Source: Antedon mediterranea
Taxonomy: Eukaryota; Animalia; Echinodermata
DNA: 64,000 nucleotides
Direction of reading: 5' to 3'
NCBI RefSeq assembly: GCF_964355755.1
Contig: NC_092671.1
Span: 15,066,001-15,130,000 of the forward strand
Of this stretch, positions 36,341 to 49,700 are shown piece by piece. The position numbers and the translations under genes were made by a program. The notes under the pieces are model-generated. The model saw nothing but the letters and a program-made list of their open reading frames with translations. It did no database searches and was not told the DNA's origin. How positions within the stretch are numbered: the first letter of the stretch is position 1; every line of letters begins with the position of its first letter.

Positions 36341-36752
36341 TGAACGTATCTTTCTTATTTAGCCTACAATGTATTTTGTTGGATCTGGACTCGGTTTGAA
36401 CGTATCTTTCTTATTAGCCTACAACGTATTTTGTCGGATCTGGACTCGGTTTGAACGTATCTTTTTAGTCGCGTGGACGCGACTCTATAGTTCACTATGT
36501 CGGTCGGTCGGTCTGTCGGTCCGGTGGTATCACTATGCGTTTTAGCACGCGACTTATGGCTGTTGGCCTTGTTTACTGGCATGGCCTACAATGTATTTTG
36601 TCGTATCCGCGGACTAGGTGTTCTTTACATACAGTATATGCTTACTCTGTATTTATCAGATCTGGATTTTTTTTTATTACAGTACAGTATAGCAGATAGA
36701 TACCCTCCATAAGCATATTATTATTTATCGGATACCGACTCGGTTTGAACGT
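36340..36752. repeat. ~55-bp repeated unit interrupted by a short HINE/DINE-1-like element (36462-36573)
   Basis: GCCTACAATGTATTTTGT...GGACTCGGTTTGAACGT recurs. The insert has hairpin AGTCGCGT-GG-ACGCGACT, a (GTCG)n tract and a GGCCTTGTTT end. Confidence 0.6.
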
Positions 36753-39700
36753 GGCAGTCTTTATAGGCCTACTACTAGAGTACCATAATTTACCGTAGGC
36801 ACATTATACACGTTGATTCTGATGTCATGAACATTGTCGATGATCCGGGTTGTCATTAACAACCACAACTATGCAAAAGCAATTTCCATGGAAAATCTCA
36901 GTTATTTATTAACAATGTTCTTTCTTAAACTTTTGATCTTTTGTTTATCCAAAGATAAATTGTTGTTTAATCCAGGGATCGGTTACAAATCTGCCACGCT
37001 TATCCGTTGTGTCTTTGTACTTACAACATCGCGTCGATACATTCATTTTCTTTATTTTTTAAATTGTAATAAAAATGTTTAAAAAAATTGAAACAACACG
37101 ATTTTTTACTGGTTTGTGTGTGTGCAGTTTTTTTTTATTAACAATATTTTAATTAGTGAGTTTACAATTTGTTCATTATAATAATGTAGTTTCATGGAAT
37201 TATGAGGCCTATCGGTTGATTTGGTATAAATGCATTGAATTGAAATTGAATTGTGCTCGGAAGACACACGACGATGTTGAGTCGATATCAAGAAAATATG
37301 TTTGCAAGAATGTGTTGTTGATGCATTTTGTGTCCGCTACATAGGTTTCAAAAGATATAGTTCTGGCTCGCGTTCAACGTGTGTCTTAGACTTTGTGCAT
37401 GGAGTCGGTGACGAATTGTTATGCTTTTATCAATTTCAAATAATAAGAACTTAAAACAAACTAAGTCCCTTATTTTGAACCATTGACCGGAGACCTAGAT
37501 TTACTGAATATTAAGACATAGTTCGTAATCTTGTTCTATTGTATGATCGTTGCTACTTGATTTAGTCCCGTGTCCGCGAGCCTAATTTGGGATGTGGTCC
37601 ATTCAGTCCGGTATACTATAAAAGCTAAGATATCAACACAGAACAGTAAGTAGAAGACGTCAAGTTAGAAGCCAGACGTTGGTCTCTGTATCGGTATGAT
37701 GAACCAACAAATTCTTTTAGGGGTGTTGTATGGAATAATTGCGTTGGAGGTAGTCCATTGCTATGGTAAGTTTTAATTAATTTTTTTTGTAGATTTTTAC
37801 TGTGGAAATAATCGGATACGCGCCTACATTCACGGAACGGCGAAGTCTTCCGTTCCGTAAAACGGAACCAGTTTGTGCTTAACTCACGATGTCCACAGTA
37901 ATGGGGTTTTTTTGCGACTGCGCGCACTCATGGACCGTAATGGTACTTAAGTTTACTCTTAAACCGGGATATAATAATTTTCCTTCAAGTTATAGAAATT
38001 ATGCTCCCAGGCTTAAACACCAATTTGCACTCAAACATTTTGACGTTTTGAAGAGAGTTGACACATTATTATTCATATAGAATGCTCTACTGAACTTTTA
38101 TAGTTATTATTTCAATGTTTTGGTTGAATATGTCATTTTAACATCACATAATAATTTTTTTTAATATTTACCTGAAAAAAAAAATGTATTTTAAAGCAAA
38201 AAATTGAAAAATTGCATGGCTGCCAGCTGGGTTTTTAGTTAAATTTAACAGTTTATTTTCTATTTTTATAAGTGAAAACATATTTTTCCCCACAAAATTG
38301 ATTAACTTTATTAAAACTGCAAAATGACCTATGTAAAAAGAAGTTTAGATCTTGAAAACGAAAAGGGAAGATGGACAGGAATTTAAAGGGAAAAACGAAT
38401 CTGTAAACATCAGAGATTAATAATCGCCTCATCTGAAATTTTTAATTTTCACTACCAACCCCAATCCCGGCCCAGCAGATCATTTTATTTTATCTATATA
38501 TAAATTATGGTTAATTCTGACATAGGCGAGCACAATGCAAAAACTTTGGTACAAATCTCCGCCTTGGATACCTACCTTATCTATCTGAGATGTACCGCGA
38601 AACGTAGATTTGATAACATTAGTGTTCACATCGACGCTATTGTTCCATATTTCTATCTTAGGAAGATATTATAAATAGTTTTTTAACAAAATTTATGATT
38701 TCAACATTAGATTTTTATCTCAATTTCAATTCTTCCCGGTCAAAGTAATTTCCGGGTTTAAGATAAGTTCACCTTGCAACAACCTGGTTTCAAATATTTT
38801 CTCTCTTTTATACACAAGGGAGCAGTTAAAATAATAGATTTGACCCTAAAGGTGACTGGAAACAGGCACTTTCCATCAATCAATACAGTGTCCCTTTGGA
38901 AGACAAAAAAAAAATCAGATAGTAGGACTGGAGCTTAAGTTGGACATTAGTCATAGCCATTTCAGTGTTTTGTTTATTATAAAACATACCGCGCGTGTGT
39001 GAAGGTACAGTAATAATAGAAATTATACTGCAAATTAATAAAGATCAAATTAAATATACGCCATAAAGAATCAGAATATATTGTGGGGAATAGTATTATA
39101 AAATTACATAGGGAGATTTGATGATAAGACATTTTTCGAGTGAAATCCCGATAGCTGAGTTTTATTGAGTAAGCTTGCAGGAATAACTGTAGGCTATCTT
39201 CCCTGTGTCCCGTTAGGACCGAGATGTCTGCCCATGTTGCAAGCCGTAATGTCTTCTTTCTTGGGCCCACTCTGTCACGACAGTTAGTTTCAAAAGATGA
39301 TTAAATTAAATAATGTATTAATAATTATTAGGATGGTATTCATTTGAATAAACGCCTCTCCAATAAAACATCACTTTGAATAAACCATCCCCCCCCCCCC
39401 CAACCCACCTATCTAATAGACGTCCATCCACATATTTATAATAACACAATTATACTATTTGTAGTAGAATTCACCGCACTGTTATCTACAATTTACCAAG
39501 CATTTGTTATTCTTTTTTACCACTTTTCATATCTATTAGAGGATTTCATTTGATTATAAATGTTACCATATTATTAAAACTAAAAAATTTAACATATATC
39601 CCTCGAATAAGCACCTCCCTCAAATGACCTCCGCCTCCCCAAAGGGCCCTACCAAACAATAAAAACGATACTTTAAAATGTTATTTATCATCTAAAACAC

Positions 39701-40794
39701 TGTGAAACAAAGTAGTTTAGCTTTACGAATGTCAAGCATTTTCAATAATGGTAACCGACAGAAAACGTATAAGGAGAACATTATCATTCCGAGAACCATC
39801 GTCTACACTTCCTAGAGGGGGAGCGAGCGAAGCGAGCTCACCCTCTAGTATTAATAATTTTGGTTTTTAACCTCTCGCTACGGCCTTGTATACTATAGTA
39901 TACTCATATCAATTAAATTGTGATTAATTAACCTAATACATAATTTTTGTCTAGAAGATTACCGTATCAACATTTATTTAAATAATTGTTAGGCCTTTTA
40001 ATAAAGTAAATCTTTGGCTCCTCCTCCTCCTCTAAACTACTCCCTCATTACCAACCACAGAGGGCGCACATTGTATACCTTTGTTTTTTGTGTACAGTTA
40101 TGATGTTTACAAGAGGAGTGACGTACAAAATATAGAAGATTCTTGGGTAGAAATCTATGATTATTAGAATATGTATCATCAAAGAACTTAAGTTCTTTTT
40201 TCATTCATTGTTAATATAATATCTAGGCCTACCTGTCTACTGCTGCAGTGAGTGTACCTACTCTACTATACGTACTATACTACTAGCAAGTAGGTACTGT
40301 AGGCTGAGCCTACCTAGCCTAGGTGGAGAGTGGGAGGCGAGATGTTAGATTCCGCGCGAAAATTTAAATCCCACCACACAGTACAGGTGTTGTCTATATA
40401 TACAGTATATACGGTTCATATTATTCTAGTCTACTACAACATACTGATTACTGCACCACCTTTAAACTAAATGGATGACGACGTGGTCTATGAGTTCTTA
40501 TTAGACAAAAGAGGCTTACTAGGCCTAAGTAATAGCTTACAGTAGGATTGTCTTATTTGTTTTCTGTTTTTTTAAATATTCAATTTGATTTCAAGTCCAT
40601 CGGCATAATATGGCCTACTGTAGCTAGGCTAGATCAAGAGAAACCAACAAATTAAAAGAAATAGCTCTATATTATTAATTATTAAAGCCTGAATATATTG
40701 TATTTGATTTCTTCTTGGACTGCCTACTTTAATTATTTAGTTGTTTTTTTAATTTTTTTTTGCATCAAAAACATATTTGTATTTAATTCCACAG

Positions 40795-43700
40795 TATACT
40801 ATCCATTGTGCTATTGTGAAAATGGAGGTACATGTATTTCAGACTTCACAGCACCTTTTGGACAAAGATGCGAATGTACAAGTTGTTACACCGGTTTAAC
40901 ATGTGATATATATAGTAAGTCAACTATTTCTGGATTAACAGATAATGAATATGCCTGGCTTACCAAAATACAATACAAAATGTTTGTACAGTGGATGCCA
41001 AAGGGTTACTTGAAAAGATTTGTTGGGGGGTTAGGGATGGGGGTGTTGGATGCTGTGAAAAACTGACTGAGCTGGATTATACCAACACAGCTAACAGTAC
41101 ATCAATGTTTTTTTTTCCATTTTGTACAAATTTAGGCATTTGTTTTGTTTTTAAGATTCCCATTGGTGTTGTATACTCGGATTAATGCAAACCATGTGAA
41201 CAGGATCATTCAATAATGTACTATAGCTAATGCTCTGTCTACAATATCAAACTTTATGTAGCAAAAAAGTAATCAAAAAGATGTGCCCAAACAAGATAGT
41301 GATATTACATTATCGTGTCCATATATGGTCACATCATTTTTGTCACATAAAGTTTGATAGTGTACAGTCAATAGTGCTTAATGCATAATTAATCGTTTTG
41401 TTAATCGCTTTTTGAACAGACCCATGTGCACTAGTGGACTGTGAGGAAGGATTTGCTTGTGTTGAGCTAGAGGATTGCAGCACATTGTGTAGACCTATCA
41501 TCAATAATTGCCCAAATTGTCGTTCCGGACTATACTGTGAAATATGTAATAATTACTTTCATTTTATAGTAATAGTATTAATAACAGTATTTTTATTTTA
41601 AATTGAATCATCATCACACTTTTGATAAAGCATCAATACTATCCCATGAGGGTAGGTGGAAGGTTCTACTTCCCAGCTGATGCATATTACTTCTGCCCCT
41701 TGCACAGGGAATTTATTCATATATTATAACACAGTAAACACTATTATATAATTTTGTCATACTGTAGATCACCATCCATGCAGTAGTGTTTCATGTTTGC
41801 ATGGTGGAACGTGTAGTGTTGCGCCTAATGATCCATGTGACTTTGTATGTGGTTGTACACTAGGAAACAGTGGAATATACTGTGAAGAGCAAAGTAAGTA
41901 GAATTTATTTTGGCATACACACATTGACAGGCCACTAATTTAAAAACAATTAAATACATAGTATACCTTTTTTTTGCAATTTTTAATGTAGATCTTAAGG
42001 CTTAATGTACTGTCAGTGATATCATTTTTGCCTATGGGAATAATCTTGGCAGGTTCAAGATTTGAACCAAACCCATGGAATCCATAAAAAAAATATGTTA
42101 TACCATGAAACTATAGTGCTAGTAGTATCTGTATAACTGGTTCAACATTAATTAATTTTCTTTCTTTTATTTCAGCTGGTAATCCATGCGTAGGTGTGAC
42201 TTGTCAAAATGGAGGAACATGTGTATCAGATAGTTCAGTTAGTTCTGGATACAGATGTAATTGCTTAAGTTGTTACTCAGGAGACACCTGTCAAGCATGT
42301 AAGTACAATGTTTGTGTATACTACCCCATACTTATTTCTTCTCACCTCTTTCCCTCCCTCCCATCTATTTTCATTTCACTATGTCCTTTACTTTATATTC
42401 CATAGATCACCATCCATGCAGTAGTGTTTCATGTTGGTATGGTGGCACATGTAATATTGCTCCAAACAATCCATGTGATTTTGTATGTAGTTGTAGACAA
42501 GGATACAGTGGTAGATACTGCGGAGAGCAAAGTAAGTAAAAACTTTTTGCATAATGTAATGGATTATTTATGACCATTAGAAAGGTTTTTGAGTACTTAT
42601 CCTGCAGCAATTTACTGGTATAAGCAAATAAGTTAACCACTAAGCCACAGTGGCGCTACTATTATCAAAAAGTTGAGTGGCTCAGCATTTATTTTTTCTT
42701 ATTTATTTAAGCTGGTAATCCATGCGTAGGTGTGACTTGTCAAAATGGAGGAACATGTGTATCAGATAGTTCTGTTAGTTCTGGATACAGATGTAATTGC
42801 TTAAGTTGTTACTCAGGAGACACCTGTCAAGCATGTAAGTACAATATTTTTTTTGTTTTGTTTTTTTTTTCTCTTTTGTGGTTAACCACCACCTTTATTC
42901 ATTCAATATTTCATACATATTTCGTTCACATTTCATTTTCGTACATTAAATTTCCGTTTTCTACTGTTTTCGTTATTTTCTGATTTTTAAGTAAGTACAA
43001 TGTTTGTGTATACTACCCCATACTTATTTCTCACCTCTTTCCTTCCCTAAACCATCTTTGTTCATTTCACTATGTCCTTTACTTTATACTCCATAGATCA
43101 CCATCCATGCAGTAGTGTTTCATGTTGGTATGGTGGCATATGTAATATTGCTCCAAACAATCCATGTGATTTTGTATGTAGTTGTAGACCAGGATACAGT
43201 GGTAGATACTGCGGAGAACAAAGTAAATATAAACAGTTTTGCATAATAAAAAAAGGGTTGTTTATAACCATTATAAAGGTTTTAGCAAATACAGGACTTA
43301 CCCTGCAGCAATGTACTGGGATTGGTAAGCAAATAAGTTAACCACTAAGCTAAGTAACTGTGGTACAACTATTATCAATAAGTTGAGAGGCTCAGCATTT
43401 ATTGTTTCTTATTATTTTTCAGCTGGTAACCCATGCTCAGGTGTGACTTGTCAAAATGGAGGAACATGTGTATTAGATAGTTCTGTTAGTTCTGGATACA
43501 GATGTAATTGCTTAAGTTGTTACTCTGATACCCTTTGTCAAGCATGTAAGTACAATGTTTATCTATAATATAAAATTACTGGTCTTTTTTTTCTTACCTC
43601 TCTTCATTTTAGCCCAATGTGTGTGTTTACTCCTAAGTTAGTGGTCACAAATGTGAGTCATGTAATGCATTAGAATACTAAAAAATGTGATATGTATATT

Positions 43701-46700
43701 CAGTTTATTATTGTTTCTGTTCCAGATGTAAGCCCATGCGCAGCATTACTTTGTGGTCCTAATACAATATGTGTGATTAGTGAAAATAACCGCTGTAGTT
43801 CACTGTGTGTGCCTAATGGTTGCCCACCATGTAGATCAGGCTACAATTGTGGATCAGGTAGGCTTGTCAAGTATATAAAACTTGTTCTTCTACTAATTAC
43901 TAAAAAAAATCATTTTAAATTATACACAGACTGAAAATAAAATTCATTTTGGTTTGTATATGACATTCTCGAATATTTTATAATGTATTTGCATAATATT
44001 TCCTGAATGTATTCCTTACTATACAAACCTTCATACAATAATAAGTATGAATTATTGTATAATGGCATTTTTTTGATTTATTTTTTAGTGATCGATCCAT
44101 GTGCTAATGTTGTGTGTTATCATGATGGTACCTGTACAACAGATACATCTAACAATGTGTGTAGCCATAAGTGCAACTGTAAACCTGGCTACACTGGAAG
44201 TAACTGCCAACAAGTTGGTGAGTATGCTGTTGACTTCTTTAGAAGTTGTTTTACAACATTACATTTACTAAAACTAAATAGTTTCATTACACAAATGTCT
44301 TATACAGTGCTGCTTTAATCATTTTGTTTGCTCATTTTAATTGTATAGTTAGTAACCCATGCTCAGGTGTCCTTTGTCAAAATGGAGGAGCATGTGTTTC
44401 AGATAGTTCTGGAGGATTCAGATGTAATTGCCCTAATTGTTACTCTGGTACTTTCTGCCAATCATGTAAGTACAATAGTAATGATAGTCTTACATAGTAC
44501 AATGTTTCTAAGCGCTTTACACACAAAAATGATCCATAAAATATCTTAAAATAACACACAAAAAAATGAAGAAATGCCGAGGAACACCGCTTTGTTCTCC
44601 AGCACTTTGAAGCTCACATATGAGAGCTTGCTGGAACAGTAATCACAGAAGCTCAAGTGAAAAAGACATCTGTCTATCCTATTCTACCAAAATAAGAAGA
44701 AAAAAAAGATGTTGCTTAAAATTTTTTTAAATATTGGTTGATTTTTGAAGACTATAATAATGATGATAAAAATAATTCATCAAAATGTTTAACGTTGTCA
44801 CGAACTACTCTTACGTATGTTTCCGAGCGGTTGAAAATACTTTAGGAACTCCCTTGTGACATAAAAGTATACACACAAAATCCACAAAGTTGTAAATTAA
44901 CTCAAAAACAAAGCTTTAATTTCAATCAACTTCAACTTTCAACAATCCAGTAAGCACTTTAAACAACAGCTTCACAATAACTTTACAATATAATATCCAA
45001 CCTCTAATCCAAACCTTACAATAGTTTACATCCCTTTATATACAAGATGCTCCTATCCTTCTAGATCATTCTTTATACTTCTCATTATTACATGATTACA
45101 GTTTCTATTAATAGCACTTCTGGAATGTTCTTGATTGTTCTTATTAACTATACATGGTTTCTTAAATCAAAACATCTTATTCTAGAATGTTCATGTAAAT
45201 ACTATGTTACTCTATATGTTAGGGAATGGTAATTTATTACAAACGTAAACATTAATATGATTCTATTCTGTTATTTTTTTGGGTGTAATTTCTAAACTTG
45301 GTTAACAATTTAAAGCATATACTTTTTTTAATGTTTTACTTGTATTTTAAACTCTACAGAATTCCGTCCATTTAGTAATAATTAAATCATAACATTCATT
45401 AACCTCTGACCCATAGATTCTAATCCTTGCAATGGTATAAACTGTTACCATGGTGGTACATGTGCGGTTGATACATCTACCCAGTGTGGATATTTATGTT
45501 TCTGTACCAAGAGCTATACAGGCACACACTGCCAAGTCCCTAGTAAGTATCCATAAAGGAATGTTATATGCAAATACATGTTTATTCCTTTCTTTTAATC
45601 TTTGTACATACATATTCATTCATGTTGTTTTCTCGATCGAGACAAGGTTATACACCGCTACAACAAGTTCCGTTACAATGGGCGCAATATACAGGACGGT
45701 ATCTTGACTAGTTTTAAAAAACCCAGTGTCTGTGGATTATGAAATATCCATATCACTAATACTTGCATCTTAAATGCATTCAAGCCTCTATTTCAAATTT
45801 AGAAAACAAGGATGATTTCATGTGCTAAGAAAGCACAATTATTTTGTATCTATTGTAATGCCTTTTTTATTTCTATATTAAGCTGGTAACCCATGCGTTG
45901 GTGGTGTGCCTTGTCAAAATGGAGGAACATGTGTATTAGACAGTTCCAGTTTAGGATACAGATGTAATTGCTTAAGTTGTTACTCTGGTACCTTCTGTGA
46001 ATCATGTAAGTACAATGTTTTTGTATACTACCACATACTTTGTTTTTCTTATTTATTCTCACCTCTTTCCCTCCCTCCCATCTTTTCATTTTACTATGTT
46101 CTTTACTTTATACTCCATAGATCACCATCCATGCAGTAGTGTTTCATGTTGGTATGGTGGCATATGTAATGTTGCTCCAAACAATCCATGTGATTTTGCA
46201 TGTAGTTGTAGACCAGGATACAGTGGTAGATACTGCGAGCAAAGTAAGTGTAATTTATCTATTTATATCCACATCCAGGTAGACCTGCAATTTTTGACCT
46301 TTTGAAAAAAATAATGCATATTAAACATTGAACAGGTTATTAATTGTCTTAAATGTGCGTTACAGTACAGAAAGAAAGTACTGCTTCGTATCTACGCGTA
46401 ACCTTTGGGTGTTGACAAACTGCAAGCCATGGATTCATTGGAGTCAGTGGAATCAACGGCCCACATGACCATGTAAATTGCAATTCAAGCGAGTCAGTAC
46501 GAAGTGTAACTGCACTATTGTACCAAAAGTGCGAGGCACCATAAAACATATTAAATAATTTAATATAAATTAGTATGTTCATATGAAACATTAGAGAGTA
46601 GTAATTATAAAATAAAATCATTATTTTATGTTATGTCTAAACATACCCTACTACAGTACTACTAAAATAAAGTCAAGCCTGCCTGCTGCTCCCTTCTTGT

Positions 46701-49700
46701 TGGTCTCGCTTGTAATTATTTTTTTCAAAATGTCCCCCGCCGGCCCACCACACAGCCCAGGCCTAGTCTAGCCCCTAATACAATATAGGGCTTCCTACTA
46801 GATGATATTTTGTTGAAAAAAATACATTTCACAAGACTTAGATCTAAAATATCTGTAATCTACTGTATTCGTCCATTAACAACATTGATAAAGAAGCTAC
46901 TATTGCTAGGCCTAGACCGTAGTAGGCATACAGCGAATAGCCGTCTCTCCGGCGGGCGGGCTACAGTATACTATAGGGCCTAGGCTAGCTAGGCTTCTTA
47001 GACGGTGACCAGGCACCACCTAACCACCTAACTGTAAACATCGAAGTTGCATCTGAATATTCGAAATTGTTAACATAATTACATTAACGGTAGCTGATTT
47101 ATAAATGTTTATGAATTGTACACAAATATTAACGAAGGCTTATTGTTATTCGAAGGCTCGCACTTGTTGGTATTTTTTCCGTTGAATTACCGTCGTGGAT
47201 TGCATGCAATGCGTGGATTGCGTGCCTCGTTGACTCGCACTTTGGCAACACTCGTAACCTTTCGTAGCCTACGTGTAGCTAGATCGTAGGTCATTGTTCT
47301 CTCCTACGATGTATTGTTCGTAGCCTACGATGTATTGTTTGTAGTCTACGATGTATTGTTTGTAGCCTACGATGTATTGTTCGTAGCCTACGATGTATTG
47401 TTCTCTCCTACGATGTATTGTTCGTAGCCTACGATGTATTTTTTTTTATGATAATTATCTAGGCTACGCCATCGGGCCGGTGGACCTTAGCTCACGTAGA
47501 GAGAGTCGAGGCTAGGCTGTTTCGGCAGCCGGGCCTACACTAAATTATTTAATCCTACCTTGGTTTAGCGAATTATAAAAACGACGACACCTAGGCCTAG
47601 CTAGGCTAGGACACCAACAAAATATATGCAAAATAAATATATATTCCATATTAAAATTTAACATTGGCTTAGGCCCTAGGCCTTTTAAAATGATTACGAC
47701 ATGTGTAAAGAAAAAGGCCCGACCAGAATTTGGAGGGGAAAAAACATGTGAGCAGTTTTAGAGGAGGAGAGAGAGTATTATGTTTCATGTCATGTGACAC
47801 AAAATCCAGGTAAAAAAAAACATTTAGCCGACAGACATTTGGCCGACAGACATTTGACCGACAGACATTTGACCGACAGACAAGACACTTTGACAACAGG
47901 ATACCGCCGTTTTTTTTATGTACGAGCTTTGAATTGAATTTAAAACGTGTGCTTTACGGTCTCGTTACGTGAAAGAACACGTTTCAGTAAAATAAAAATA
48001 CGATAGGCCTTTACAGTATAAACCAATTTTAGCAATATTGTTCTATATAGGTATCATAAAAAATGTTTCAAAAAAAAATAATGTTAACAATTTCAAGCAA
48101 CCCCTTGTGTAACAGCATTTTCTACACCTATTAATACTGACTATCTATAAGATGTCGGAAAACGCAAATTGAACCTGCTCCATGGATAAATTTGTGCTTG
48201 GCTAAAAATGTAGTGAGATAGTCCGGTAAGACAATTTTAGAGAAATAAAATATTAATAATAATAAATTGTCGACAAAATGTCTTATCGGCGAAATGTCCT
48301 GTCGCCGAAATGTCCTGTCGACCAAATATCCTGTCGACTAAATGTCCAGTCGACTAAATGTCTGTCGACGAAATGGCATTCGGCAAAATGTCCTAGTACC
48401 CTCTCGTACTGAGTTAAACAAGAAATATTTCTTACAAAAAACGCCGCTCGCTTGTTGACGTAACAGTAGTAGTAGATATGTAGTCCCCCTAAAAAAATTT
48501 TTTTTACATTTGTTTTTTAATGTGTCATATTAATGTCACATATAATAATATTCATTTACTTTAACCAACAACTGGATCGAAAATGAAAAAATGTAATTTG
48601 AAGCTAAAAATAATTCTGTCGGACAATGGTTCTTGGTTAAAATTAAACGTTTCCTTTCTCTTTTTATAAGTGAAGTTTTTTTTTTTTCCAGAAGTGAATA
48701 ACTTTATTAAAACTGCAAAATTACTTATTTAAAGTCTGATTTTATAAATTTTCATTTTCCATGTTTTTGGGTGACAATACATCTTTAATTATTGTTCTTT
48801 CAGAGATGATTTATTATCAATTATTTTTGTTTAACAATCAGTAGTAAACATTTCGTGTAACGTAAATATATAGTCTACCCTGCTGTACAGAACAAAAATA
48901 TAATCATAAACTAAACTATAGTAGTGTACTGTGAGTAGATAAGATAGTAGTTCACGTAACCAAACAAAAATAGAAAAAGGTATCCTCCTTTGAATTTATT
49001 TAATTCAAATCACTAAAAGAAAATAATACCGTACATGCATATATACTACATCGGTACGTTTCCATTAAGTAAGATATTTTCATGTATTATTAGTGTATCA
49101 AAAAATATATAAACTATAAGTGGAATGATATTTAATTGAAATTTAAAAAAAAATGTATCCATGTATTTCACTTTAGTTTATATTTATTTCTAAGGGGTCA
49201 TTTCATCAAGGCTAACAAGTGATAAATGGCCAGTACCCAAAGGTGCTATAAAGGAGGGACATTCAAGTGTGAACAAATTGTATCCTATTACCAACAAAAA
49301 CTTTACTATGGACTGTTTTGATTGTAATTCAATGACAGCAAATTTTTATAATATCAGTCTAGATTGGGTCCAGCAGCTGCAACCTATAAATTATAGTCGA
49401 GTTTCCATTTTAGCATTTCTGTCAGCCTTAGATACTAAAGCTACCGCTATGAAACAGCTTATTAATGAATATGTCCTCATGGGACATAGCTGGCTAGAGC
49501 AGCGGCGTGAAAAAAAACATGTGAAAGATTGCGGTAAAGCAGAGAGTATCGTGTTTCATGCCATGTCACCAAACTAGGTCTGTATTAATTACGGTCTTCT
49601 GTCGGCAGTCTTTTTGAGCGACCGATTGAACATTCTGATACTATATTTAGAATGAATTGTTTACGATCTTTTTTTCTCGGAATTTTGTTTCTGGATGGAC

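Noticed and set aside
47290-47440. 20-bp direct repeats as a CRISPR-like array
   Set aside because: Head-to-tail without spacers, inside a TIR transposon.
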